DNA of 64,000 nucleotides from Chlorokybus atmophyticus (Eukaryota; Plantae; Mesostigma and Chlorokybus algae): positions 434,001 to 498,000 of the forward strand of contig RHPI01003389.1 of assembly GCA_009103225.1 (NCBI GenBank). Direction: 5' to 3'. Under the pieces are notes generated by a model. It searched no databases and was not told the origin of the DNA. It saw nothing but the letters and a program-made list of their open reading frames with translations. This document shows, piece after piece, positions 1 through 11,592 of the stretch (position 1 is the first letter of the stretch; every line of letters begins with the position of its first letter). Both the position numbers and the translations under genes were made by a program.

Positions 1-1908
1 TGCCACCGGATGATGAGTTTGTGCAAGCTGTTGTGCAAGGGTATGCTTTTGACCCATGGTTCTCGTCAGAGGACAACGTGCAAAAGCTGAGCAAACGAGA
101 CAACTTGTATTATGTGGGCACCAGCTTGGTAATACCTGACCATGCTGGATTGCGTGCGAAATGCATAGCTGATGTACACGATCCACCGTACGCTGGGCAC
201 TTTGGCAGTCGCAAAACTGTTAGAGCAGCGCAACAGTTGTATTGGTGGCCATCGTTGCCTATTGACGCAAAACGGTATGTGGACACGTGTGACAAATGTC
301 AGCGTGATAAGCCGTTACGTCAGAAACCCGCTGGTTTGCTGCGACCATTGCCTATTCCTGATGGCAAATGGGAAAGTGTGAGTATGGACTTAATTACTGA
401 GCTGCCAGAGACAGCATTAGGTCACACTGCGGTTGCAGTTATTGTGGATCATTTGACAAAAATGGTCCACATTGTCCCTTGTCGCACGGAGATCGGCTCC
501 CATGAGTTGGCGATGGTTTTTGTCGCGTCTGTGTTCAAGTTGCATGGCTTGCCCCGCAATTTTGTGTCAGATCGCGATCTGCGATTTGTGGCTCAGTTTT
601 GGAAGTCGCTATGCAGCTTCTTACACATTCCGCAAAACATGAGCACTGCTTACCATCCACAGACGGATGGTCAGACAGAACGCGCCAATCAAGTGATTAA
701 GGAAACCATCCGGCATTATGTGAACCCGAATCAGAATGATTGGGATATTTATCTCCCAATGGCTGAGTTTGCGATCAATAATGCATGGCAAGAGAGTGTG
801 CAGGAGACTCCTTTCTTCTTCAATTACGGAGTGCATCCACTGAGTCCTGCGAACATTAAGTTGCCCGCTACTGACGTGACTCGCGTACCTGCAGCGCGCG
901 ATGGCCTCGGCCATGCAGGATAGGTTAGCGTTGGCAAAAGACTGTCTGCGCGCAGCGCAAGACAGACAAAAAGCCCAAGCTGATGCGCATCGTAGAGAGG
1001 CCAACTACGATGTGGGCTGTTCGGTGCTTTTAAGTACCAAAAACGTATCCATCAAGGGAGTGGGTACCCGCAAGTTTTTCCCTCGCTGGATAGGCCCTTT
1101 TAAAATAACTGATCGGGTCGGCACTCACGCGTATCGTTTGGACTTGCCAAAGTCGATACGCATTCACAATGTGTTTCACGTGAGTGTACTGAAACCATAC
1201 CGTTCTGACGGTCGGGTTCAACCTCCTCCACCCTTCGTTGCAGTGGATGGCGATGATACTTTCGAGTATGAGGTGGAAGCAATCCTGAGTCACCGTAAGC
1301 CTCGACGCGGACGCGCGCCGTCTTACTTGGTGAAATGGAAAGGGTATGGTGTTGAGCACAACACGTGGGAGCCCGAAAGGAATCTTACCAACTGCCAAGA
1401 GATTCTTCGGGGGTACTGGAGTGCTGTGTCCACACGTGGACGGTAAAAGGGTGCTGGCAGACATCTTTACCGCTTCGGCCATGGTTCTCTCACTGCTTTG
1501 GTTCTCGGTGCTCATGGTGGGGCTTTGCTAACCCTTCAATGAGGACATTAAAACCTAAGTGAGGGGGAATGTAACGGAGTGCTACTCCTATAGAGGTTCC
1601 CCGCCCTTATTTAGGATTAAATAAGGGTCCCAACGGGTATATACAGCCAATTAAGCCGTATTAGGGCCGTTAACCTAGTGATAAGGCCCTAATGTAGTGT
1701 TACTTAACTGTAACACTGATATCGACATGAGACATGAGTCTCATGTCGATATCAGCTGTATGGCGGCACTGCTAACGCAGCAGCCGCCATAGCCAGGGGA
1801 TCTTCTGCTTCGGCAGTTGCCCCTGGCGGCGGCGGTGTGGTCGGCGTGGCTGGTGGTGGTGTTGGGGTAGGGGATTAAAGGGAGGAGGTAGCACCCCCTC
1901 TCCTTACA
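1..1908 (+). mobile_element. Ty3/Gypsy chromovirus, 3' part (integrase, chromodomain, PPT, 3' LTR); truncated by window start
   Basis: ORF 21-923 has integrase HHCC zinc finger and core (GHFG..WWP..C..CQ; SMDLIT; SDRD; STAYHPQTDGQTER). ORF 901-1446 has a GPF motif and chromodomain (YEVEAIL..YLVKWKGY..NTWEP), with a frameshift near 900. PPT GAGGGGGAA at 1561-1569, then LTR TGTAAC...TTACA. Confidence 0.95.
1570..1908 (+). repeat. Chromovirus LTR (339 bp)
   Basis: TG...CA ends; near-identical to the reverse complement of 15730-16068 and 21442-21780. Confidence 0.95.
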
Positions 1909-1959
1909 CACGATCTGCAAACGCACCTACCAATAATGCTGGAAGCGGTTGGACACCTC

Positions 1960-3067
1960 AGCTCTTTCAGCTTGCAGACAACCTGCTAAAGTCTTTGAGA
2001 GTATGCAGTGAGGAATGCTTCGGACCAAGGGCTAAGATCCTCAACCACGTTGCTGGAGCAGGTCACATCATCGATGACATCATGCGTCATGGAAGTCATG
2101 ATGTGTACTGGTGCTATGCCTTTGAGAGAAAGGTGTCCACATTAGTGAACACCTACATTAACTACAAGAATATGAGCTCTTCTTCGTGCGCAGGTACTCG
2201 AGCAACTTCATTGCTCAACATCATGTACGCATGCACTTGCATTTGCTAACGAGTGCCCATGCTGCAGACTACAGCGCCAGTGGTTCCTCTCCACTATAAA
2301 CACTCTGCGAGAAGATCAGTAGTCTAATGTTCTGCTGTCTCAGCGAGCAAATCTGGTGGTGGCTGCTTCTGCGAAGGTTATAAGCAGGCAAACTTTTCAC
2401 ACTGTCCGCTCACAAGAACAGGCTAGGCAACTCTAGAATCTCGTGCAAGATTATGCTCAATTGTCCCACGTTAAGCACGTGAAGAACAAAGGCATTCTTA
2501 TTGGCAAGCCTCAAGACTTGCCGATAAGATGCGAGCTTGTGTCAAAAAGCTAAATGATGAGCTACAACAATTATTCAGTGAAGAGGAGAGTATCGAAATT
2601 ACATGCCGTGCACTGTTTAGAGCTATACCACCCTTCACCGCGACGGACTTGTCTACAGGTGCCTCCCACCTATTGCTTATATAGCGCGTTTCACGCATTG
2701 ACAAGTCCCTCCCACCTATTGCTCATGTAGCGCGTTTCACGCACTAATTGGTCCCCCCCACCTATTGCTCATGTAGCGCATCTCACGCACTGACTGGTAC
2801 CCCCCACCTATTGCTCATGTAACGCATCTCACGCACTGATTGGTCTCCCCCATCTATTGCTCGTAGCACGTGTTCAGGTCGAAGCGTTCAAGCTTTGAAG
2901 CACAGCCATGCAAGGCAAATGATGTTATTGTGCAAGGTGGAACACAATGCAGAGTCGAGGATATTATTCCAAAATATTTTGCTAAATCTACCGTTTACGC
3001 AGCTGCTCACTATCACCTGATGAAGTGCGCCTCAAACGGGGATTACTACCATGATGTAGACACTTAA
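1960..3067 (+). pseudogene. CACTA/En-Spm-like transposase relic (DUF4218-like segment)
   Basis: 1995-2249 reads NHVAGAGHIIDDIMRHGSHDVYWCYAFERKVSTLVNTYINYKN, resembling the H..H..D.I...G....W...FER....L....N motif of En/Spm-type transposases. Downstream frames are fragmented. Confidence 0.55.
2662..2865. repeat. 46-bp tandem repeat, about 4.5 copies
   Basis: Unit ~CCTCCCACCTATTGCTCATGTAGCGCGTTTCACGCACTGATTGGTC; starts at 2662, 2708 and 2754 (period 46), with further copies following. Confidence 0.9.
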
Positions 3068-4149
3068 GTAAGCAAGCTAGGCCCCACCACAAAGCGCAGG
3101 GCGTTGGTCCGTGCAGGCCGTATTTTGCGCAAGGTTTGGTTGCTACTAGGACGCAATTATGATGGCAGGCTTGCATACGACTATGCATGCTTGGACCATC
3201 GAGTGACAGCAGCAGATGTTGGAGTCCCCCTCTGGCATGAGGGGGATGTCTTGCACGTAAGGAATATATGAGGGCGTCTGTGTGGCACTTTCGCCTACCC
3301 ACTGAAGAGGAAGCAGTCACCTCTGACCCGGGGCCGTGGATTTGCCGTGGTGACCGAGGTGATTGCACATAGCTTGACATTCGAGGACTATGTACGGTCC
3401 TTTTTCGGACCCCGTGCACCAGGCATGGTCCGTCTCCCGCGGGCCAGGACTGACTGGTCCGTTCGGGACCCAGATGCATGGTGCGCTGGCGCGCACCACT
3501 CTTGGTCCGTGCCGCACCATTTCTGCTGCAGCATGAAGTGGCCAGTCAGTTACATGTACGCTGGTTCTTAGATCTGGATCAGGTACGGCTTCGCGGCCCT
3601 GCGGTCCTGCTGTCGCGCACCATACCCGGTCCGTTCCAAACCATACATGGTGCGGCACGGACCAGTGACTTTGCCGGTCCGTATGAACTTATTGACAGGC
3701 TGCCGGGCTCGGAAAATGCTCACCGACAGGTGGACAGCCGCAAATGGTCGGCGGCAACTTGACAGCCGGGCTGATCAATTCATAAGCTGTAAGGGGCTAT
3801 CTGTGCAAATATCGTAATGATCATGATAGCATGTGCACGAAGTTGCGAACATATTTTATAGGCATGTGCTTGTGACATGCACTGATGTATTAACGTTCGT
3901 ATTCAATCAAGTATCATTATCAAAAACGAGCAGTGCGGCTGATTGGGCGTGTGATTGGGCCGGCCGGCATTAGGCAGAAGACACACACCATCAGGCCATC
4001 AGTGACATACGGCACCCGCGACTGCCGGGCCGCGGTATGCGCGGCCCGCCTGCCTCTCATTAGCTAGGCGGCATTTATTAGCTATTGGCCGTTCATTCTG
4101 TCAAAACAAATCTCGACCGTCCAAAGCTCATCCCCATGTCATGCAACTG

Positions 4150-4550
4150 CTCAAAATATATGCGAACTATATATACTATATACTTTATTTATGATGTTCC
4201 TGATAACTATATGCAATTATGACTACATATAATATTATGCATTTTCATCTATAGCAATAAGATATATATATGTATCATAAGTGCAAAATTAATATGATAT
4301 ACACGCACTTATATATAAGTAATCTTATATCATACATACATTACATTATATATAAATAGAAGATATACATATATATCATAAATACATAGCATTATACACT
4401 TTATATGCATATAATGATATACTATGTTATATATATATAAAATATTATGTGCATAATATATATGTTACATGTGATCTTTTATACATAGTAGATATATATA
4501 TATATATATATTATATAAAATATATACATATATTATATATTGCAAAAAAT
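4150..4550. repeat. AT-rich TA low-complexity tract (second tract about 5670-5820)
   Basis: Runs of TATATA with scattered C/G, directly visible. Confidence 0.85.
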
Positions 4551-6599
4551 GAGGAGAAAATAGTGCACATTTGGCGGCATATGGTTTCACATGGCTTATA
4601 TGATCTGAACATGTCCCACATGTACTAAGATAATACATTAAGTACCAGGGTCAAGTGCCATAACTTGGGGATGTTTTTGAGTTTTGAGTTTTGAGTCCAG
4701 CAATGAGGGCGTGCAAAGGTGCAAATCCACATGCACAATATCTCTGATGTGTAGCAAAATGTTGCGATATGATAACATATGCGGCGATATGGTGCAACAT
4801 GGTGCGATATTAGCAAATGCTGTTAAGTGTTTCAAAACTTAATAATCAACGTAACGTTCACGCCACGGTACGTGCTGCGATACTAAGTAAATAATGCCGA
4901 GGTTACGACCAGCAAAATAATGCTAACCTGAATTACCTTAACGTTAAGATTCAACTAAACGAAAAATTGCATCCTTATGCCACCATTTGGTCACGCATGA
5001 GATTGATCAAATGGGATCGCAACGGTGACAACAGCCAGTTGCTCAAAAAGGCAGCGAAATAACCAATCATTGCAAAGATGCGTAAAAGATGCTGAAAAAT
5101 ATCTCAGCGGCAACCGCCTACCAACGGCGACTAAAAACTGCTAGGGATTTGGTGCAATTGCGGCACAATTAGTGGTTATAACGGCCGCGTTTTTTGCGGT
5201 ACGAGGTCGGGGCAGGTCCCATATCTCAAAGACATGCCGCCACTACTCACCCTCGTTCTAACTAATCCACTTTACCCCTTAACGCTAATTGATTACACGC
5301 TATAGTTACTGCGTCATCAAACATGGTCAGCAGCCGAATAAAACAAACGGAATGTAATGCATGTAATCCGTATGCATAACTCTTGACGCGCATCATTCAT
5401 TGGACTGCTGTGTGTATGGCGGTTATGAATATTAGACAAATATATTACTGGTATGTTGATGTTTTACGCAAGTGTTGTATATTTGCATGCGCTATACATT
5501 GTATGTGTCATATAACAGATAACATATATTTCATTAATGACACAAGCAGTTTTTAAATGCTATGACAGCCCTTTGTGGCACAAAAAACTTGTTAACAGCC
5601 CCTAGCGACGCAAGTTCTTCATTACCAGCCGCTAAAGAGCCGGCGTTGCGATGCTACTGCCAATGGTATAAGTGATACATACATATTTACATATGTATTT
5701 AGTATACATGTATATTATGCATGTTATATGAGATCTCACGCACGCATGTATATACTTTATATATATATATATACATATGTATATGCATACGTACATGTAT
5801 ACATAAATGTGTATGTATGTTTTTATCTATCTGAGAAACGGGCTGTCTTTAATAGTTCCCAACAAGATTACCGGCACATGCGGAGCCCCCCGACTAAATG
5901 TTGTATTTTAATGACCCTAACATCCGCCGAGTTGCGGATGTCAATGCACTCTTGTATTTCCTTAAAATGACACCGGTATAGCCTATGCATGTTTATAGCA
6001 TGCACTGCATGGGCTCAGCTAATGGGCATATCAATTAATGTCGCCAAACGGCTGTCGGTACGTTGCAAATTACGCGAATCAACTATTTTGCCAAACCTAC
6101 CGGTACGTGCACATGTGATTTGGTGATTATGACGTCGTTACAATGCTAGAGGTCGTAGGTTCGAATCTTTGTGAATGCTTGTGTTTTTGCTTAAGCAAGG
6201 CCGCGGCCTCGTACGCCGTCGGTGCGTGAGTCGCGCAGCGTGACCGGTGCCGTGCATAAGATTAACCAACTTTTACATATTTAATCCTCAATCTAATGGT
6301 TATTCAAAAATGTGTTGGTTCATGGTTAGCTGGCCGGACCAGTAGTGCTTGCATCTTTTCAATTCTATAATTTGGTACCGACTCCGCTGCCCGGACACTA
6401 CCTAGTCCTGACGCGAGCGAGATTCGCTGGGCTATACTTGGAGCAACTCATGGGAATCTTGGTACCAATCACGTTAGGATTAGACCATGCATGGTCCGGC
6501 AGTTAATGACAACCGGACCATGAATGGTCCACAGGATTCACTGAGCAGAGAAATAATGCCGGTATAAGGGTACGGACCTTTCCTGATTTTTTACGTCAA

Positions 6600-8265
6600 T
6601 CAGTGTGAATGTCGCTCCCACTGCGCAACCTGCTTCTTCAATCTTCTCCACTTCCTCATCCGCAGATGTTAGTCCTGTTGGCAGTCATGTGCTGGTGCTT
6701 GGTGCTTATTGCCGCTGAGCAAAGTGTTGCTATGCTCCGATCAGTTGGCCCCTGCAATCGGTCCGCAAGGGTTTAACGTCTTAAATTTGACGCTCTCCGA
6801 TTTGTTTCAATCTCTTAAACCTGTTGCTGCAAGCCTTGCACCTTGAGCTCAACATCGCTTTCGGTTATGATTGCCGCACGCCTCTCAGATAGCGCCTGCT
6901 CAAGATGTTGGTCGTCGTGCTCCAGTGACTCCTTCTCCTTCTCAAGCATGGCAACCCGAGCGCTAAGCATCTCCTGTTGCTTCCCAAAGCGCTCCACATT
7001 TTGCTGCTGTTTTTAAAGGTGGTCGAGACGCTGTTTTTTTAATCACCAAACTTCACTTTTGCTTTGCGCTGCGCCTCCCGGTCTCTGCATACCACTGCTG
7101 AACCTTTTCGGCAGTTTTGTCGCGGGCAGCTAAGGTGTTTTGTAGTTACTGGTTTTGAGTTACCTCGTTGATCGCAACAGCCTCCAAATCAACCGCCTCT
7201 TCAGCAACAGGTGGTAAACGTGACTTGTGCGGTGGCAGGGGTTAGAGCGACCTCGGGTGCCTTTTCAATTGCAATATGTGGGTAGCGGGGTCACGCGCAA
7301 TGGCTGTGAAGGGATTGACGTTGGGTTGATTGACCGGAGCAACAGATGTGGTTGCAGGAATAAGAGGTGAGGCAGCATGACAAATGGGTGGGGCAGCGGG
7401 GTCATGCGCAGCAGGCGAAAGAGGTAGAGTAGCAGGAGCAGTAGGGTTGGGTCATGCGCAGCAGGAGAAAGAGGTGGGGCAGCAGAAGCGAGAGGTGTGG
7501 TGGCATTGTGGGAAGTGTCCTTGCAGACTTAAGAGGTGATAAAGTCTGAAGAAGTGGGAAGTGAATTGATACATCGGGACCAGGTGGGGGTTGAGGGATC
7601 GGATTGGCTGGGGATTGGAATGGGTGGAAGTAGGTGGAGTGCCGATTACTTGATTGAATGGGGCGAAGGCAGCTTTAGCAGCTTCAATCTCCTCTACGAA
7701 AAGCGATACTGGCAGATTGTCCGCGATTTGAGCTAGCTGAGAGCCAGCCATCTGTGGCATTGCTCAACAAGGCGTCAGCACTGCAAGCCTAGATTGCTAG
7801 ACATCATGCACAAGGCGGACAAAGCAATGGGTGTTGAACACACGTTAGATGGGGAGGAGGAGGTAGGTAGGGTAGGAGGAGGAAGAGGGGGTGGAACCAA
7901 AAAGCTAGCAAATTGCAAGGTAGCGTCTACTTGTTTCTTGGTGACCTCGGGTAAGCGCGCTACACGCGATGGCGTGTTAGCAGCTTCCGCCAAGATGTCA
8001 AGAGGTGACGCTTGTGATAATTGAGGTATTTTGCAAGGGGGGAGCTTTGCAGCTGCCTAAGCTGCAGCATGCTGCAGCATAGTATGTACCTTAATGTACA
8101 ATGAAGAGCAGCAAGAGATGCAGCGGGGATGGTGAGCGGATCATAAGCCAAAAGTAGTTCATCCCCTTTTTTCAGCGTAGCGATTGACACCACCTCTACA
8201 GCGTCCTCCCCAACATTGTCTACCGTAGCATACAGCCTGCAGTTGGTTGGGAACGTTATAGGCTA
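6600..8265 (-). pseudogene. Degraded ORF with a SET-domain-like C-terminal motif followed by Pro-rich and coiled-coil segments
   Basis: Minus strand about 8255-8150 reads PTNCRLYATVDNVGEDAVEVVSIATLKKGDELLLAY (compare SET motif PNC...A.rdI..GEEL..dY). Further fragments at 7775-7993, 7452-7760 and 6815-6997 (coiled-coil-like). The 5' part is cut by LTR insertions. Confidence 0.45.
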
Positions 8266-8268
8266 CAT

Positions 8269-8730
8269 TGCTAAGAACTAGTGTGCATGTACGCGCCCTA
8301 CCTCATACATGCGCTCACACTAGGGGAACGACAATTGGAATAGCATGTCAACAACAAAGAGAAATATGTTTCCATTGTAGCTCCACCTGTATGCGCCACA
8401 TACAGTGACTTATATACTAAACTAGTCAACACTAGAAAAGAATAGTCAACCCTAGTAAAAGTCAACTCTAGTCAACACTAGTCAACGGTCGCAGTCAACC
8501 ATAGTCAACCCTAGTCAATGGTCACAATTAAGGTTGACCGTAACTCTCATAACTCCCGTAACTCCTGTTGACTGTAACTCCCATTGCGTAACCCCCGCAC
8601 ATGGACCAAGTAACATCAACAAGCTGACTATACTATAAGCATGCTATACTAGCAACCCTCATATGCTTAACCTTCAACATGTATTATAAGCATACTATAC
8701 TAGCAAACCTCATATGCTTACCCTTCAACA
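8269..8730 (-). mobile_element. Family A Copia solo LTR
   Basis: TGCTAAGAAC...CCTTCAACA, flanked by perfect TSD TACAT (8264-8268 and 8731-8735); homologous to the LTRs at 22127 and 23941. Confidence 0.92.
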
Positions 8731-8765
8731 TACATGAACTCTAGCAGGAGTTTGTGTAGCCTGCA

Positions 8766-8979
8766 TGTTGAGAACTAGTGATGCGCTTAGTGTGTGTGTG
8801 TGTGTTTGCCTCTTACATACAAGTGTGCACACACTAAGGACAAGTGCAGCAAGCACGCCAACTATAAAGACAATGTGCGACCCATTGTAATAAGTAGTAT
8901 ACAGTGCCTTATGTAATATGCTACTAAGCACTAGTCAACTCTTATCAACTCTGGTCAAAGTCAACACTAGTCAACACTC
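8766..8979 (-). mobile_element. Family B LTR, truncated
   Basis: Starts TGTTGAGAACTAGTGATGCG as at 11242 and 12987; ends within the GTCAA array. Confidence 0.85.
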
Positions 8980-10948
8980 ATTGTAATGGTCATAACATGT
9001 CGTTCCATTCGGGGGGGTTCTGAGGCCCCCTGCAAAAGTTACAAGCAAGATAGCGATTTTGTAAATAATGGATTACAAATCCAACACTTTCATTCATCCA
9101 GCTCGCAATCTGATTTACTAAAGCAGCAGTTGCGAACACAGAAAAGTGCCCCACCGGGCTATAGCATCATCAGTGCAAGTGTACAGCTACTAGGCTGTCA
9201 CAACAGCTACAGAGCTGCGCTACCAAATCAGTGGCCGCCACGCCCTGCTGAGGGCTTACGGCAATAGGCACGCAAGTGTCCCGGCTCCCCACAGTTGTAG
9301 CAGGTGCGGGCATCGCGCAGGCCCCCCGTAGATGCGGCCTGATACTGTATAAGCGCGGTCTTGGAACTGGTATGCCCCGCACCAGATGCATCAGATCCGG
9401 AGTAGCGGGGGGGGTACTGGCCCCGCCCCTTGTTGGGAGTGTAGGCCGCCTTCGCCTTGGGCTTGGGCTGCGCCGCAGCTGCCTCTTTGATTGCCTTCTT
9501 AAGGCGCTTTGCCTCTGCATCGTTCGTAGCTAGAGGGTCTCTCGTGAGCTCCTCCACCACTTTCCAACTAGCTTGTTGGCCACTTCCACATGGTGGAACT
9601 GCGTGCACACCTCGTCCAATGCTGGTGCACAGAGCACATGTGAGCAACACTGGTTGCAGCGATTCATGCATAGGCTCAGAGCCATTGGGTTTAACGCCAG
9701 GCGCACCCGCATTGACATCACCATCTCCCACATGCAAATGTAATGGCAAACCTGTTGTGCCTTTTACCTTGCTATGAATAGTCATAATGTGAATACAGAG
9801 GTGGACATGCAAGGGTGTTAAGTGCGGGCCCTCCCCCCCGTACCGGACACGGGGGGAGGAGGAATGCGGAACAATGTATTTATATAGATGCCTCTACGTA
9901 GATAACAAGCCCGCACCTTCATAAGGCCGATGATGCACGCATGTGCATGTTCACATGAGTAAAGTCCGCACCCTCATGCGTGTCCTACATGTGTGCTCAT
10001 GCAAATGACCATGCTTAACAAAGAATGAGCCCACCTTTCATGTTGTCTTTGCGGCCTTTGGCGAAGTGGGGATCCTCGGCGAGGTGAGAGGGCACACGGT
10101 CGAAGGAGGCCGCCGCCGAGGCAATGTAGGCCGCCACGTCGATGTGTTGCCGAGCCCGCTTTTTCATGTTCTCCTTCCAAGGGACCGCGAGATCGCTACA
10201 GCGAATGGCCAATGCCTCCGCACGAGCGTTCGGTGTGGTGAAGTCGCCTTTGTCGCGGCGAAGGATGCTCACGAGTAGCGGGTGGTTGGGCTCATTGACG
10301 GGCTCATCATGAGGGATGACGGGCGCCTTCCCACGCCTAAGACGCATGTTTTCCGCCTCCAACTCCTCCAACCTCCTCGCCATGGCCTCCGTGGGTGTCA
10401 TGGACGGGGTGGAAGTGTTGGAGAGCGGGCTTGCCTCCCTCTTCTTACGCTTGTAAGTGATGACGCGCGGGTCCTCATCATCCTCGTCCTCATCATTGTC
10501 ACCATCACCCTCCTTGTTCACCTCCTCTTCTCCCACCTCCACGGGGGGGCGCACCTGTCTCTCCTCACTCGCCGCTCTTCTCTCCTCCTCCTCACTCAAG
10601 GTGTGGCGACGCGGACTTGTAGCCCGCGCCAACCTATTGGCGGCAAGCCTAGCCGCCTTGGCCGTGGCTTCCACGTCCTCTCCATCGCCACGGGCACTTT
10701 TTGACCGTGTGGTGGTCATGGAGGTCGATCGCCTATTCTTCCTCCTAACCACACTCGCCACCCTCGCCAAGGATGGCGCCGCCGCGCTAGGGTTTCAAGC
10801 GACTAGACAAGGAGCTTGTGACTTACAACTCACCTGGTGAGTGCTTGTGCCCCCAAGAGCCCAAGGCACTAGGGGCACAAGAGTCTCAAAACTCATTAAC
10901 GAGTTCTTGAGTTCATGGGCGCGCATTTCATGCGCTTCATGAACTCAA
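8980..10948 (-). mobile_element. DIRS-order element copy 1 (gag only, non-autonomous or truncated)
   Basis: Gag N-part 10770-10015 and C-part about 9640-9228 with WEVVEELTRDPLATNDAEAKRL (DIRS gag motif) and CCHC knuckle CYNCGEPGHLRAYC. Homologous to 25.3-27.4 kb and 38.7-40.9 kb. Confidence 0.8.
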
Positions 10949-11241
10949 ATGACTACTGCACCCTACACTCCTGAGCTAAATGGTGCTGTAGAGCGTCTTA
11001 ACCGCACGCTTGTGAAGCGCGTGCGTGCCATGCTTACTGATACACAAAGCTTTGTGGGCCGAGGTATTTGTTACGGCCAACTAGATTGGCAACAGGTCAC
11101 CTGCGAGCAACAAAGCCAAGACCCCGAAGTTGTTCTACGGCGAGAAGCCTGATGTGACGCACATGCGTGTATTTGGAGCCAAGGCGTATCCACATATCCC
11201 CAAGCAACTGAGGAGAAAGCTTGAGAATGTGAGGGAGACAG

Positions 11242-11592
11242 TGTTGAGAACTAGTGATGCGCCTAGTGTGTGAATATTTGCCTCCTACATACAAGTGTGC
11301 ACACACTAAGGACAAGTGCAGCAAGCACGCCAATTATAGAGACAACGTGCGACCCACTGTATTAAGCAGTATACAGTGTCTTGTATACTATGCTACTAAG
11401 CACTAGTGAACACTAGTCAATGGTCAAAGTCAACGGTCAAAGTCAAAGTTGACCATGGTTGACCATAACTGCCGTAACTCCCGTAACTCTCATAACTCTC
11501 GTAACTCCCGTAACTATAAAGGTTAAGCTGATCGTACCAACTACATGTAGGCGCCACCTATACATGTACTTTCAACAAGCTATAAGTTAATA
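11242..11592 (-). mobile_element. Family B solo LTR inserted in Copia C integrase
   Basis: TSD GACAG at 11237-11241 and 11593-11597; removing it restores E-T-G-I-F-V-G-Y-E. Confidence 0.93.

Noticed and set aside
621-1562. Antisense and alternative-frame ORFs conserved between the two chromovirus copies
   Set aside because: Conservation is explained by the recent common origin of the copies; they are shadows of pol.
1570-1908. Hammerhead ribozyme (retrozyme-like) in the hairpin-rich LTR
   Set aside because: No CUGANGA/GAAA catalytic core seen.
2662-2865. CRISPR-like array
   Set aside because: Units are contiguous with no unique spacers, the context is eukaryotic and no cas genes are present; it is a minisatellite.
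4027-4067. Helitron 3' end (GC hairpin followed by CTAG)
   Set aside because: CTAG is followed by G rather than T, the spacing is long, and no 5' TC end or RepHel sequence was found.
6120-6175. tRNA gene (GAGGTCGTAGGTTCGAATC)
   Set aside because: B-box-like only; the T-stem does not pair and there is no convincing A-box or acceptor stem.
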